From Octopus sinensis (Eukaryota): DNA of 64,000 nt. The notes below the pieces were generated by a model, which was not told the origin of the DNA, did no database searches, and worked only from the letters and a program-made list of their open reading frames with translations. Location of the stretch: positions 92,194,001 to 92,258,000 of the forward strand of contig NC_043006.1 of the NCBI RefSeq assembly GCF_006345805.1. Reading direction: 5' to 3'. Of the stretch, positions 40,938 through 53,378 are shown in pieces (the first letter of the stretch is position 1; every line of letters starts with the position of its first letter). A program made the translations under genes and the position numbers.

Positions 40938-42385
40938 TTTTCTTTGTTTCAGCTAAGAGCTGCGGCCATGCTGATGCACCGCCATTTTGTGCTACACTGT
41001 TATTGCGATGAACCTCCTCTAATATGTGGCACTTGATGAAGAATGGAGTTTGATATAGCTACCCTCATTTGCACCTCTTGCCGTGAGGTAGGTTCATCTG
41101 GGACTCCCGACAGGAAGATGTCCAGCTTTGATTTAAAAACCACTGCATCTACTTTGTGCAAGTTCCTCAGATTCTTTGGGAGAATATTAAAAACCCAGGC
41201 TGTTGAAGAAGCTGGTCCTGAAGTGTGATGGCATTGCTGGGATCTTTGGCACTATGCAGTGTCGTCCCGTTCTAGCATTGGTGTAGCTTACAATGCCAAA
41301 ATTTGGCACAATTCCTTCCAGGATCTTCCAGATATATATTACTGCATACCTCTCCCGTCTTCTCTCCAGGTAGTAGAGTCTTAGATGTTTCAACCTTTCC
41401 CAGTAGCTGAGCTGTTGCAAAGAGACGATCTTCTTTGTGAATCTTCTCTGGATTGCTTCCAGGTCCGCTGATAATTTCCCACTGGTGGGTGACCATAGCT
41501 GTGAGCAGTAATCCAGGCGGCTGAGGACGAATGTCCGCCAGAGGAGCATCATGGTTTCCTTATCTCTGGTTCTGAATGTTCTTAGGATCTATCCAACCAG
41601 TCGTCTGCACTTTGTCGCCATTCTGGTAATGTGCTCTTGGAAGGAGGTATCATCACTCATGTCAATACCCAGGTCCCTCACAGACTTAGGCTCTGGGATG
41701 GAAATTTCCTGTAGACCGGTGTACCCTGTAAGTTTAATATTCAGTTTTGGATGCTGGTAGCGCAGGGCCTGGAATTTTTCAGCTTTAAACTGCATATTAT
41801 TATCCTCAGCCCATCTGTAAATTGAGTTCAACTCCTGCTGTAGGTGTGCAACATCGCTGGGGTTCTGTATTTTCTGCAAAACTTTCGTATCATCTACATA
41901 GCTTGCCAGAATTGCTATCCGGGCATTTGAGGGCATATCTGAGAGGGCCACTATAAAAAGCAGTGGTCCCAAGACAGTGCCCTGTGGAACACCGCTCACT
42001 ATTTGTGTGTTCATAGAGGTGGCTCCATTAACCACTACTGTCTGACTCCTATCTATCAGAAAGTCATGTAACCACACTCCAAGTTTTCAAGCTATGTCGA
42101 GGTCACGCAGTTTGTGGCATATCATACAATGATGCAACTTGTCAAAAGCTTTTGCAAAATCAAGGTAGATTACGTCCACATTTGATTTGTTGAGTAACTG
42201 CCTCAACACCCAGTCATAATGTTGAAAGAACTGAGTCAGGCAGCTCCTACCTGGTCGAAAACCATGCTGGGTATCATTCAGCAAGTTATTTTCCTCAAGG
42301 AATGCGATTAGTTTCTTTCTGACTATCCGTTCCATGACTTTGCTGATGTGTGAAGTCATAGAGAGAGCCCTATAGTTTTTGGCAT
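40938..42385 (-). mobile_element. CR1-group LINE, 5'-truncated, with complete 3' end
   Basis: YRALSMTSHISKVMERIV, QHGFRPGRSCLTQ, VDVIYLDFAKAFD, SGVPQGTVLGPLLF, YVDDTK, LDYCSQLWSP; frameshifted. 3' tail GGCGGTGCATCAGCATGGCCGCAGCTCTTAGCTGAAAC at 40946-40983. Confidence 0.92.
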
Positions 42386-42888
42386 CTGCTCTACTTCCCC
42401 CTTTATGTATTGGGCATATTATTCCCTCCTTCAGCTTGCTTGGCAGTTTGCCATTTGTAAGAAAGCTCTGGAAGAGGGTCTTGAGGGGTTTTGTTCAAGA
42501 TTATCCAATAATACTAAGTTTCACTCGTTTAAAACACATTTCGTCATTATTTTTAATTTTCGTACACTGTTTCCATATTTACGTGATATTTCAACAATGA
42601 GACGTAGACATGTATGATATATTAAACTATTTTGATATATTAATACATGAAACAAAATTGTTACTCATTATTCTGTTCTGTAGTTTGATTTTGCATACGA
42701 TTATACAGAACAAAATTCATGAATATTATATCACTGTAAACGTCAAAATAGGTAAATATTTTGCAATGAATTAATAAAGAAATGTTTACATACACATGCA
42801 CACAACCATAGTCTCTCTCTCTCTCCCTCTCACTCTCTCACACACACACAATATATGTGTATATATATACATACATAGCTGACTATGC

Positions 42889-42935
<47 letters not shown>

Positions 42936-42942
42936 CATATAT

Positions 42943-43054
<112 letters not shown>

Positions 43055-43273
43055 TTCTATTATAGGATAAACGTTTTTCCAAAAATTTCATCAAAGTTGG
43101 TAACATATTAAAATACCTTTATAGGTGAAACTTATAAACAATTATAAACAAGAGAATAAGAAAAAGATTTCTAAGCCAATATGCTGAGAATAGACTTTAA
43201 ATCGTCAGTCTCCACATACAATGTACATCACTAATACACGTCGTGCTGAAATCGAGGAAGGCAGGCTAACATA

Positions 43274-43392
43274 TTTTTTTTAATGCGATATCTCTATATT
43301 GAATCATTTATCGTATTATCTACTGAAGAGGGAAAAATCTGTTAGATTAATCCTGAAATTGATTCAGTATAGAGATAACGCATTAAAAAAAA
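43274..43392. repeat. Inverted repeat, 33-bp arms (2 mismatches), MITE-like
   Basis: TTTTTTTTAATGCGATATCTCTATATTGAATCA vs TGATTCAGTATAGAGATAACGCATTAAAAAAAA. Confidence 0.8.
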
Positions 43393-43423
43393 ATTCAGTA
43401 ACAGTAGTTTGGAGTAAAGATTA

Positions 43424-43674
43424 TTTGCCAACATAACATGGCAGTCCTGGTTTAGGACGAATGTTGCTGTAATTTATCTCCAGGAGACATCGTCTCTAGC
43501 TGGCTATACAACACGATCTGTTTCCTTATATTTTCGAACAAGCGGTGCTAGATTCCCATGTTCGAGAATATAAGGACACAGATCGTGTCGTAAGCTAGCA
43601 GGAGACTATGTCTCTTGGGGATAAATTACAGCAACATTCGTCCTAAACCAGAACTGCCATGTTATATTGGCAAA
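43424..43674. mobile_element. Fold-back MITE, ~116-bp arms, 18-nt loop
   Basis: TTTGCCAACATAACATGGCAG...TTTTCGAACA inverted as TGTTCGAGAA...CTGCCATGTTATATTGGCAAA. Confidence 0.88.
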
Positions 43675-44882
43675 ACTCTTTACACTAATATTTATATTCC
43701 AATGTTTCTCTTTCTGTGCAGAGCATTACATATCATTGTTGTTAAATTTATATCGATTTTAATCTTTTCAAATGAGTTTCCATAAAACCTCTATCAGACA
43801 CTACATTTTGCATGCGCTTATCAGTAATCAAGTCAACAAATAATAATCGTTATGCCAATGGAATTCAAGCTTTAAGCGTCCGAACAAATCAACGATGGTT
43901 TCGTTAGTTTCGCTTAGGAAACTCTTCTCTGGCAGATTTCTCTCGATCTTAGATGACCAGGTTCTGTCAAAAGTGAGTTTCTGAAAACCTTAGATGAGAG
44001 AAATCCAAACTAAACTGCACGAGAATAAGCAAAACAGTGCAATTCAGGTTAAACTTTCAGTGTAGATGACCTTCAAGAAACAGGTCAACTGTCTAAACTG
44101 GGTCAAAGGGTCATACATCATCTGAATGATTTTTCTTTTAATAAAAGAGTAGTTATCCGCTCGTCATTTCCGAAACGTTTCTGGGTATAATCCTGACAAC
44201 TGATGAAGAATATGTTCTCTATAAACGCATACAACGAAAAGACAATGGTTAATATTCAATGAAAAATGAAAAATCTACCCAAAACCAGGACCACCCCCGG
44301 AGAATGTTGTGGTTTGTATTTGAATTTTTCGTTTATCATGAAGTGTTAAGCAAAACGAAATGTGTGAAGAAGTTTTCTCAATTGTAAACATTCCGCAAAT
44401 ATTTTCCATAGAAGTGTCCATATTTATTACTCGCAAAAGAGTAATGCTCTTATGCGATAATACAAGCTTAAATATTGTCCAGTTGTCCAAGAAAAAGAAT
44501 ATGGCACTAAATGTAAGAGTCTTACTTCATGCCTACTCTCTAATTCATTACCAGCTTTCATATAATTGCAATATTATTCAGAGGGAAAACTTTTTATTCA
44601 TTATTAAGAGAAGAAGGATCACAGTGAGAATCTCTTTGCTTAACAAAGTAAGGACTTTTATGCTCGCGGGATCAACAGTTTGCCAAACAGATGCCTTTGT
44701 GCTATGAATAATGAGGGAAAATATTATCGTGATTAAATACATACATAAAGACCAGAGAAGCATTTGCCTCTTTTCCGTCTTGAAATGTGACAAATCTACT
44801 TTCGAAACTCTTATCTAACTACGGTCCTTCCATAGCACTTACATAGCATTACCTGCCACCTGCGCCTACACGTATATATGTA

Positions 44883-44990
44883 GGCGCAGGAGTGGGTATG
44901 TGGTAAGTAGCTGGGCTTACCAACACATGGTTCTGGGCTCAGTCCCACTTATGAGTGGATTTGGTAGACGGAAACTGAAAGAAGCCCGTC

Positions 44991-44992
<2 letters not shown>
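44883..44992 (+). mobile_element. SINE family A, internally deleted 5' part
   Basis: GGCGCAGGAGTGGGTATGTGGTAAGTAGC...GAGTGGATTTGGTAGACGGAAACTGAAAGAAGCCCGTCG. Confidence 0.85.
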
Positions 44993-45043
<51 letters not shown>

Positions 45044-45591
45044 CATATACATGTATATGGTGGCTAGTTACCAACACAGGCATAGTTGGCCATGTCCCCA
45101 ACGCAGAAAATTGTACATACGTATTCACAAACTATTAGACTTTCCTCCAATTTCAAACTTCAGATGGAAATAAATCTAATCCTTAGAACGATCTCAACCC
45201 AATCACTTTTGGTAAACTTCTCAACATCCGGGTGTTATAAGAACAATTGAACAGCGCGGCCACGTTTCTAATAGTTTAAGCCTGGGAAAGAAAGATATCG
45301 ACTTTAGTCATTGTGTCTTCACATGGAGTTCACTCTTAAATAAACAAAATAAAAGAGGATGAAACTAGAGGATGCCTCACTCACATTCATGTTACAATGC
45401 ATTAAATTTTAGCCCAGAATTATTGAGTCCAACACAGCAGATAAAAATTTTGTTTATGTAAAAAGTTTTCCTTGCAGTACCCTTCATTATGCTAGCCTTC
45501 CAGATGGACTTGCTTTACGTCGCCATTCCGACTACGGAACAGATTGCAAAAAACAATAATGTTACCGGTCGTGCACATGATAATACACACG

Positions 45592-45639
<48 letters not shown>

Positions 45640-45794
45640 TACACGCATACGCGCTCAAACACAAACACATATACACAAATGGATAGATTGACATAAATAC
45701 ATATGTAAATATTTCAAAATATGCATTCATTCAACTATATACCATGTATGTATAAATACATGTTTATACAATTTGTAAATACATATATCTGTGT

Positions 45795-45828
<34 letters not shown>

Positions 45829-46484
45829 CTGTGTATGCTGCTGGTGCTTCAGTGTTGTGTATCCACTGAAGTAATAAACGAAGTAACTGGGATAAAATCG
45901 TGTCTTCTGGTCCATGCTGGTTCACAAATGCAGTGACTTGTCAATATGGCAGTCAAAAGCTGCCATATATCAGAGACGAATTTATCTGAAAACAATGCAA
46001 CCATTGTTCAACACATGCGATATGAAATAAGTTGAACTCACTTCCATGCCTGAGAAATAAAAAAAATTCTACCCACTAAAATTATCTGAAGAAAAATCCT
46101 TACATCAATGCGCCCCTTATCCATGAGCGATATGTCGTAGGATGAAAGGGGAAAGAATACTTTTCACAAGAATTCTACTCAATGAGAATCATAAATCATT
46201 TGGATCTAAGATCAGGAAAGAAACGGATCACAACCATAATACATCATGTGTGAACACATTCAAAAAGTAATACACTGTCAACTTTACCAGGAAATAAATC
46301 ATTTACGGTAAAAAAAAACTACTACTTTCAATGCAGAGACCATCACAGACATGCATTCTGCAAAAATCAATTTATAGGCGGAGCACTGAAAATGCACAAT
46401 GCTTTTAAAAGACTTTGAACATGAAACACTGTACTATGCACATGCGCACACATACATAAATACATACATACATATATACATGCA

Positions 46485-46518
<34 letters not shown>

Positions 46519-46921
46519 CATATATATGTATATGGAGATGAGAGAACTTTGTTTCTAAGTTCAAAACACCCCACTTCAATATGAGAAGCATTAATAAAAA
46601 GTAAAATAATAGTTCAGACATACTGCCACACACAAGCACACTAACATAGAAATCTATATATTAATACATACACGCATAAAATACACACACACACACACGT
46701 GTATGTGCGATTGTATATGAATATATATGCGATATATATATATATGCATATATGTACATAAGTACATATATATATATATACATATACACATACATACAGA
46801 TATAGACAAGTAAATGGGTGTGTGTGTGGGTAGTTGTCTATACATACATTATTATGGCTGCCCCCTCGTTATCGAGTATGGCCATTGCATGAAGCTTAAC
46901 TGTTACTATACATACATGCAT

Positions 46922-47033
<112 letters not shown>

Positions 47034-47044
47034 ATATGTATATA

Positions 47045-47660
47045 ACGGGAAGCTTTATGAAAATAAACAAAAGACGAAGGCAGGTGGAAAACAAACGAAC
47101 AATTGTATTAGTATGGCGCTCAGGAAATATAAATAAAACAAGTCTTTAACGTTTCGAGCCTACGCTCTTCAACAGAAAGATACACAGAGAGAGAGAAAAA
47201 CACAGAAAGAAGGAGAGAAAAAAAATGCGTGCAGTAGCTAACGAATCAACATGGCGATCTGATTTCGGCCAGAGGTCAAAGATCAAACATGAGACGCGAG
47301 AGCGAAATAAGGGGAGATAATAGGGTTGATAAAAGGGTTGAGGGACCAGCTAAAAGTGCGTGGGAGGGGTCTGGATGTGTGTATGTATAGGGTTGGTGTA
47401 TGTATTAGTATGTATAAGGGTGTGTGTGTGTATGAGAGAGTATTAGTGCGTAAGATTGGTCTGGACGTGCGTATGTATGGGGTTGGTGTATGTATTAGTA
47501 TGTATTAGTATGTATTAGTACGTATTGGTATGTATAGGTGTGTGTGTGTGTGTGTGTGAGAGAGTATAAGTGCGTATGCGGGATCTGGACGTGTGTATGT
47601 ATAGGGTTGGTGTAAGTATTAGTATGTACTAGTATGTATTAGTACGTATTAGTATGTATT
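47045..47660 (-). mobile_element. Penelope-type terminal region with hammerhead and internal tandem repeats
   Basis: Hammerhead at 47143-47180. Three ~90-125 bp tandem units TCTGGA(C/T)GTG(T/C)GTATGTAT...GGTTGGTGTA..TATTAGT at 47370-47660. No coding sequence seen, so the class is inferred from the ribozyme. Confidence 0.5.
47143..47180 (-). ncRNA. Minimal type I hammerhead ribozyme, CUGUUGA (A6U) core variant
   Basis: TCTTT CTGTTGA A GAGC-GTAG-GCTC GAAA CG TT AAAGA: perfect 5-bp stem I, perfect 4-bp stem II, palindromic AACGTT stem III. Confidence 0.7.
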
Positions 47661-47897
47661 AGTTGGTGTGTGTATTAGTATGGCACATCATATGTGATGT
47701 GATGTGTAAAGTCATGTGGTGTAGTGAGGAGAAGAGGGGGAGGGGGAGAAGAGGGGGAGAGAAGGGGAGGGGAAGAAGAGGGGGAGGAAAGGGGGGAGAG
47801 GAGAGGATGGGGGAGAAGGAAGGGGATGAGGGGGATGAAGGAGGAAAGAGGGAGAGGGGGAGAGAGAAGGGGAGAGAGGGAGTGAGGGAGCAGAGGG

Positions 47898-47945
<48 letters not shown>

Positions 47946-48749
47946 AGAGACAGAGAGGAAGAGAGGGAAAAAGGGAAAGAAAATAGATGCAGAGGCGCAT
48001 GAGAAAATGATTTAGTATTCAAAGAGTTGTACAACTTCTTTGTATATCAATAGAAAATATATTTACTGTACTTTTATACTTACTTTCAGTGTTCGGGAGA
48101 TGGAACATGAAATATTTATTTACACTCACGCACACACACTCACATACACACACACTCACATACACACACACAAGCCAAATGGCGATGGTTTCAAATTACT
48201 TGATACATACATACATGCGAACTCGAAACGTACGTGTGTGTGTGTGTATATGTGTGTGTGTTTTTACTGACATGTAATTGTAAGATCCAATGATCTAAGT
48301 GTAGGAAATTAATAAGCATCGAGCAGTGTATGGTAGGTCTAAAACGACAACTTTCAGGAATGATAAGTTTATTGATATGGATGGTTGCATTCTTTTCCCA
48401 AACTGAAAAATGTATTTTTATACTTCGCAAATCGCAACTAGGTTTGCTATAAACGCGAATAAATATCCGAATTAAGTGAATGCAGCAGGTAAAATCCAGG
48501 CTACATTTGTTTCCTAGGTAGCAGACCCTCGGATATAATAATTAATGCTATTCCTCAGGCTGATAATATTTCTTTAAGATTGTTGTTCTGATATCTATAT
48601 CGGGCGATGACTTGTGTTCTTGAGTAGAACACTTCCTCTCATGTTGCTTGAGTCTACTCAGCTGGTAAAAGTGTGTAATTCTGCAACAGACGGGTGCCCC
48701 TTCCATAGTTAGCCTTTGATCTATTCGTATGCTATTCAGTGGTACTTAC

Positions 48750-48786
<37 letters not shown>

Positions 48787-48789
<3 letters not shown>

Positions 48790-49833
48790 TTTGATACTTT
48801 GATAGGTTTCGGCCATTATTGGCCCAGGCCATGTCTAACTTAATAGCACCACCTGGTGAAGTCTTTCAAGTCAGAATTTGGGTACTATGGCCCACTCAAG
48901 TAGAGAGTTATTGTTTACAGAGACATATCCGGGTGTAGGGGGTTTATCCGGGATTTCTTGAAGGAATCTGTCCAAAGACTTCTTGAACCCTATAGGGTCA
49001 GTTTCTGTTTTAATGTGTTTTGGTGTAATGTTAAAGAGAGCGGGGCCAATTGAGGTGAAATAATTGTGCCGTATTGTTGTTATGAGATGAGAGTGCGATT
49101 TTTGTTTTGGGCGGATGGCACGGGGCCCAAGCCTTGGATGTACCTTAAAGGTGATGCCAACATCATTTGGGCAATGCTGATGGAATATTTTCCACATCAT
49201 GCAGATGATGTAGCGCTCACGACGACGTTGGAGAGAATAGAGTTTTAGCTTTTCTAGTCGACCCCAATAGTCGAGGCTTGTCATGCCATCTATCTTTTTT
49301 GTGATTGCCCTTTGAGGTGCTTCAACTTTTATGATACCTTGTATTGTGTGGGGAGACCACAGTGGACAACAGTATTCAAGGTGGGGTCGGGCAAAGGTGG
49401 AGAAGAGAAGGATAATGGTGTGGATATCTCTCGACTGGAAAGTTCTGAGAATCCAGGAACACATTCTGCGGGCCATGTCAACTTTGGTGTTTATATGAGT
49501 GGCCCAGCTTATGTTGTTGTCCACAATTACTCCCAGGTCTCTGATGTTGTTGGACGCCGCGAGAGCTTCACCTGAAGGAAGGGAGTATGGGAGTTTCAGG
49601 GCATCCTCTTTTCCAAAGTGGATTAGCTCAAATTTATCCTCGTTCAGCAGCATATTGTTTTTTTCTGCCCATTGGATAACAGCCAGTAGATCTGACTGAA
49701 GGCATGTCCGGTCACTCGCCTCATTTATGACCTTCTGTAGCTTGGAGTCATCTGCAAAGATTTTTATGTTGCTGTGCTTGATGATGTCATTAATGTCATT
49801 AATGTAAATGATGAAAAGATGTGGGCCCAGCAC
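48787..49833 (-). mobile_element. CR1-group LINE, 5'-truncated, uninterrupted 320-codon RT C-terminus and complete 3' end
   Basis: GPHLFIIYINDI, FADDSKL, NKFE-type motif NEDKFELI, RDLGVIVD, RPHLEYCCPLWSP, LYSLQRRRER. Tail CATGGCCTGGGCC-AATAAT-GGCCGAAAC + (TATCAAAG)2 + (TA)n. Confidence 0.95.
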
Positions 49834-49924
49834 ATATATATATAAAACGATAAGATCGATATTTAAATACCGATCTTATCAGGTGGCCAGCATGAGAATA
49901 AAAACCTTCAAAGGTAATAATTAT

Positions 49925-50167
49925 TTAAAATTATAATTTAGGGTATCTAAGAGATACCACCACGCTAGAAGTAGCAGTCAAAACTTGACTCTAAAACCAC
50001 ATTAAATGTTCATACAGAACCAGGAGAGAAGACAAAGAGACAAAATAAACTAGCCGTGTTCTCTCCTGGTGCTGTATGAACATGTATGAATATGGTTTTA
50101 GGTTGAAGTTTTTGCTGCTATTTCCAGTGTGGATGTATCTCTTAGATACCCTAAATTATAATTTTAA
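49925..50167. mobile_element. Fold-back MITE, ~105-bp imperfect arms
   Basis: TTAAAATTATAATTTAGGGTATCTAAGAGATAC...CATACAGAACCAGGAGAGAA inverted as TTCTCTCCTGGTGCTGTATG...GTATCTCTTAGATACCCTAAATTATAATTTTAA. Confidence 0.85.
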
Positions 50168-51589
50168 TATATAGTACATATCTAATAAAAATTAGGGTTT
50201 CTTTTACTGTAAGCATTGAGAAAGTAACACTCTTAAAGAGATCATGTCAAAAATTCAACTTTCTGGCTTTATACATAACCATTTTCAGGTTTTCTCACTT
50301 CATACCAGATATTTCTTGCGCAAATATGATAATACCATCATTTTATACAGGCTAATTTACTGAGAATTATATCCGCGTCACGTATAAATTAGTGTTTGAG
50401 AAAACCAGAAATTTTTCATTGATGGCACAGCGAAGTGTCTAAACCAAAATGGTTTATTCTGGTTTATTTGTTAGGTTACCTCCTTCATTCTCCTTGGCCG
50501 CTGTAGTAATAATAATCTTGATCATACAATAAACACAATTTGTATTAGTAATAATGTTCTGAAGGAGGACACTCGGCAAAATGAAGAGAGGTTAAAAGAA
50601 GCTATGATGTTCAGACTACAATTCAATAGCCGTTATAGATTATGTATGAAGTTTCAGTGATATAATCCCCATTTCTGGACAAATTTTTAGTTAAAAATAG
50701 ATATCGTCTGTAATAAAAATAATAAAAAGAAATAAGAAAAAATAACAGAAAGGAATAACGAAAGAAATCTCTGCACTTAAACACTGACGTTGAACAATAA
50801 ATTTATCAGTGGCAGAGTATCTGTCTAAAAGATCATTTAGTAAGTTTTCTTCAATTGAAATACTGCATAAAATAGTCACTAATGAACAGTAGTAGTACAA
50901 CTAATAGACCAATTCATAGAAAAATACATAAATATACTGCAAATGAGATATCAAAAAAAAGAGGCATATGGAATATCAGCACGTGAATAGTATTGTGTGA
51001 ATCAGATGCACAACCACTGTGGAATATAAGATTATATTAACAAGAAAACTTGTAAAACAGAACAAAAATGCATGCATCCAACAGTGGACTAACACAATAT
51101 AGCACAAAAATTTTCTCGCATAAAAGGATAAAAAATGTAATACGTGTAAGGCCATCTAAAATCTATCCATAACATGTTCTTTTAGTGAATTTAAGTGCAA
51201 AGGTTCAAGGTATAAGCTTCACAATACTATTGACATTATATGTATATTTCTATATAACACACTTCAAATATTATTTACAGGTTTTGGTAATTTAATAACA
51301 GACATTATATGCAAACAAATACTTAACACGTATAATTTTCTCTTTCATTCTGATATTTTAATTTTTCAATTCATATTTTTAAAATATCACAAGCTTGATT
51401 CAGCTTGAGGAGGATAATATAAAATTAGTCATTTTGCTCAAAATTCGGCTCAAAAATAGATTTTCAGAACTTTACAATCGCAGATACAAACATGCTTGCA
51501 TTTACTGTTTCTTTTCTTCACAAATGTTTCTGTTGGTACTCATTAAAGCTCACTTGAATTGAACCTTGCTTGGCCAATATTCGTGTAAA

Positions 51590-51765
51590 ATCATGTATTT
51601 TAATGTTATCTATCATCTTATCTTCTCCTGGATTGTCTGTGTCACGCCACAGTTCCATTCCGCAGACTGGAGAAGCAGCACTTTTCTCACGACGTGAGCT
51701 ATTCCAAATACTGATGTCACCCGGAAACCTCCTACGAAGTTTGGTGTTTGGAGCTTCTGATGTTT
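51590..51765 (-). mobile_element. R4/Dong-like (RLE) LINE extreme 3' fragment
   Basis: One frame reads LQTPNFVGGFRVTSVFGIAHVVRKVLL, matching the C-terminal LGTAHIVRKTL seen at ~63295-63330. Confidence 0.5.
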
Positions 51766-51769
51766 ATAT

Positions 51770-51987
51770 AATAATAATAATAATAATCATTTCACCCAAA
51801 TTTGAGGCCTTGTGCCTCAAATTAGGGTGAAGGGATTAAGTCGATTACATCGATCCCAGTGCATAACTGGTACTTATTTAATCGACCGATATAAGATAAG
51901 AAGCATAGTTGACTTCGGTGGAATTTGAATTCAGAATGTAAAGATATTTCGCTCGGCGTGCTAACGATTCTGCCCACTCGCTGCCTT
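51770..51987 (-). mobile_element. SINE family B (tail 2) with (ATT)n tail
   Basis: Head AAGGCAGCGAGTGGGCAGAATCGTTAGCACGCCGAGCG on minus strand; ends in (ATT)n. Confidence 0.8.
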
Positions 51988-52451
51988 AATGATAATGATA
52001 ATCCTTACTCCAAGGCCTGAAACTTTGGGGGAAGGAGAAAGTTAATCACAAGCAACTTACTCCCTCCCTCGAAACTGCTGCCGTTCTACCAAAATTCGAA
52101 ATCATTATTATTTAGATGACAAATTGTCTGAATGACTAGCGCGATGGTCATCACAGCTAACTGCATTTTCCCCGGCTCTTTACGCTCTGAGTTCAAATTC
52201 CGTCAATGAAGATTTTATTACTTCGGAGCCGATAAAACAGAAGGCAAACTCTTCTCCGCTAGTTGAACAAATCAATAAGCGGAAGTGGCAATCCCAAGCA
52301 AATCGAACTTTGCAGTAAATTTTAAACTATTCTCAATATACAAACCACAACATCAATAAAAGTTGCAGTTTTATTATTAAAAATAACTGTTTTAAAATAA
52401 TCACGTTATTTCAACATTTACGTGTGTGTGTGTGTGTGTGTATGTGTGTGT

Positions 52452-52500
<49 letters not shown>

Positions 52501-52939
52501 TATATATAATGTGCGTGTATATGTGTATGTGTTTGTGTGTGTATGTATGTATGTATGCGTATATGTATGTAAGGTGGATGGATATGTATATATGTGCCTT
52601 TACGTATGTTTATATATAAGTGTACGTAAGTTCGTGAGCGCGTCTGTATATAAATGTATACATATACACATGCACATATATATATATATATATTTATAAT
52701 CTTTCAGGAAAAATATGTATTAGAGATACATGGATAAGTTTCATATATTTAAACATTTATAAATAACTCAAAGCTTGTTTATCAATATGCATCTCTTTAT
52801 GCACACCACACACATATATATAACTACATTAGGGAGAGTGCCTTTAATCTGCACTGCTCGTTTACCTACACAAAACCCCAAATATATAGGCGTGTGTACG
52901 TACTAAGGGACAACATTAGAACAGGTTGACATTAAGTCA

Positions 52940-52964
<25 letters not shown>

Positions 52965-52970
<6 letters not shown>

Positions 52971-53200
52971 CGTGATCACCGTGACCGACCAGTCTATCAG
53001 ATGTTGCTACACACCGCTGGTCACAATGCGCTTCGCATTGTTTTAGCCTTCAAATGACGCCACCCCGCTGGCTAAGCGAGCAGGCCAACAGAAGAAAGAA
53101 TGAGAGAAAGTTGTGGCGAAAGAGCACAGCAGGGATCGCCACCACCACCTGCCGGAGCCTCATTGAGCTTTAGGTGTTTTCGCTCAATAAACACTCACAA
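52965..53200 (-). mobile_element. SINE family C-related with an alternative 3' tail
   Basis: Shares TTGTGAGTGTTTATTGAGCGAAAACACCTAAAGCT with family C, then ends ...GACCAGCGGTGTGTAGCAACATCTGATAGACTGGTCGGTCACGGTGATCACGGTGATA(TA)n. Confidence 0.75.
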
Positions 53201-53332
53201 CATATATATATGTACACACATATATATATATAATATACGTATAATTATAAACATATATGTATATAGTATATACTTATAACATATATAAAGTATATACATA
53301 TATATATATATGTATATATATATATACATATA

Positions 53333-53378
<46 letters not shown>

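Noticed and set aside
44160-44215. CCGAAACGTTT...CTGATGAAG, possible type II hammerhead
   Set aside because: Stem I and stem II do not pair convincingly.
50787-50862. IEENLLNDLLDRYS resembling the Cys-loop receptor N-terminal helix
   Set aside because: No following RP motif or other Cys-loop exons found; similarity too short.
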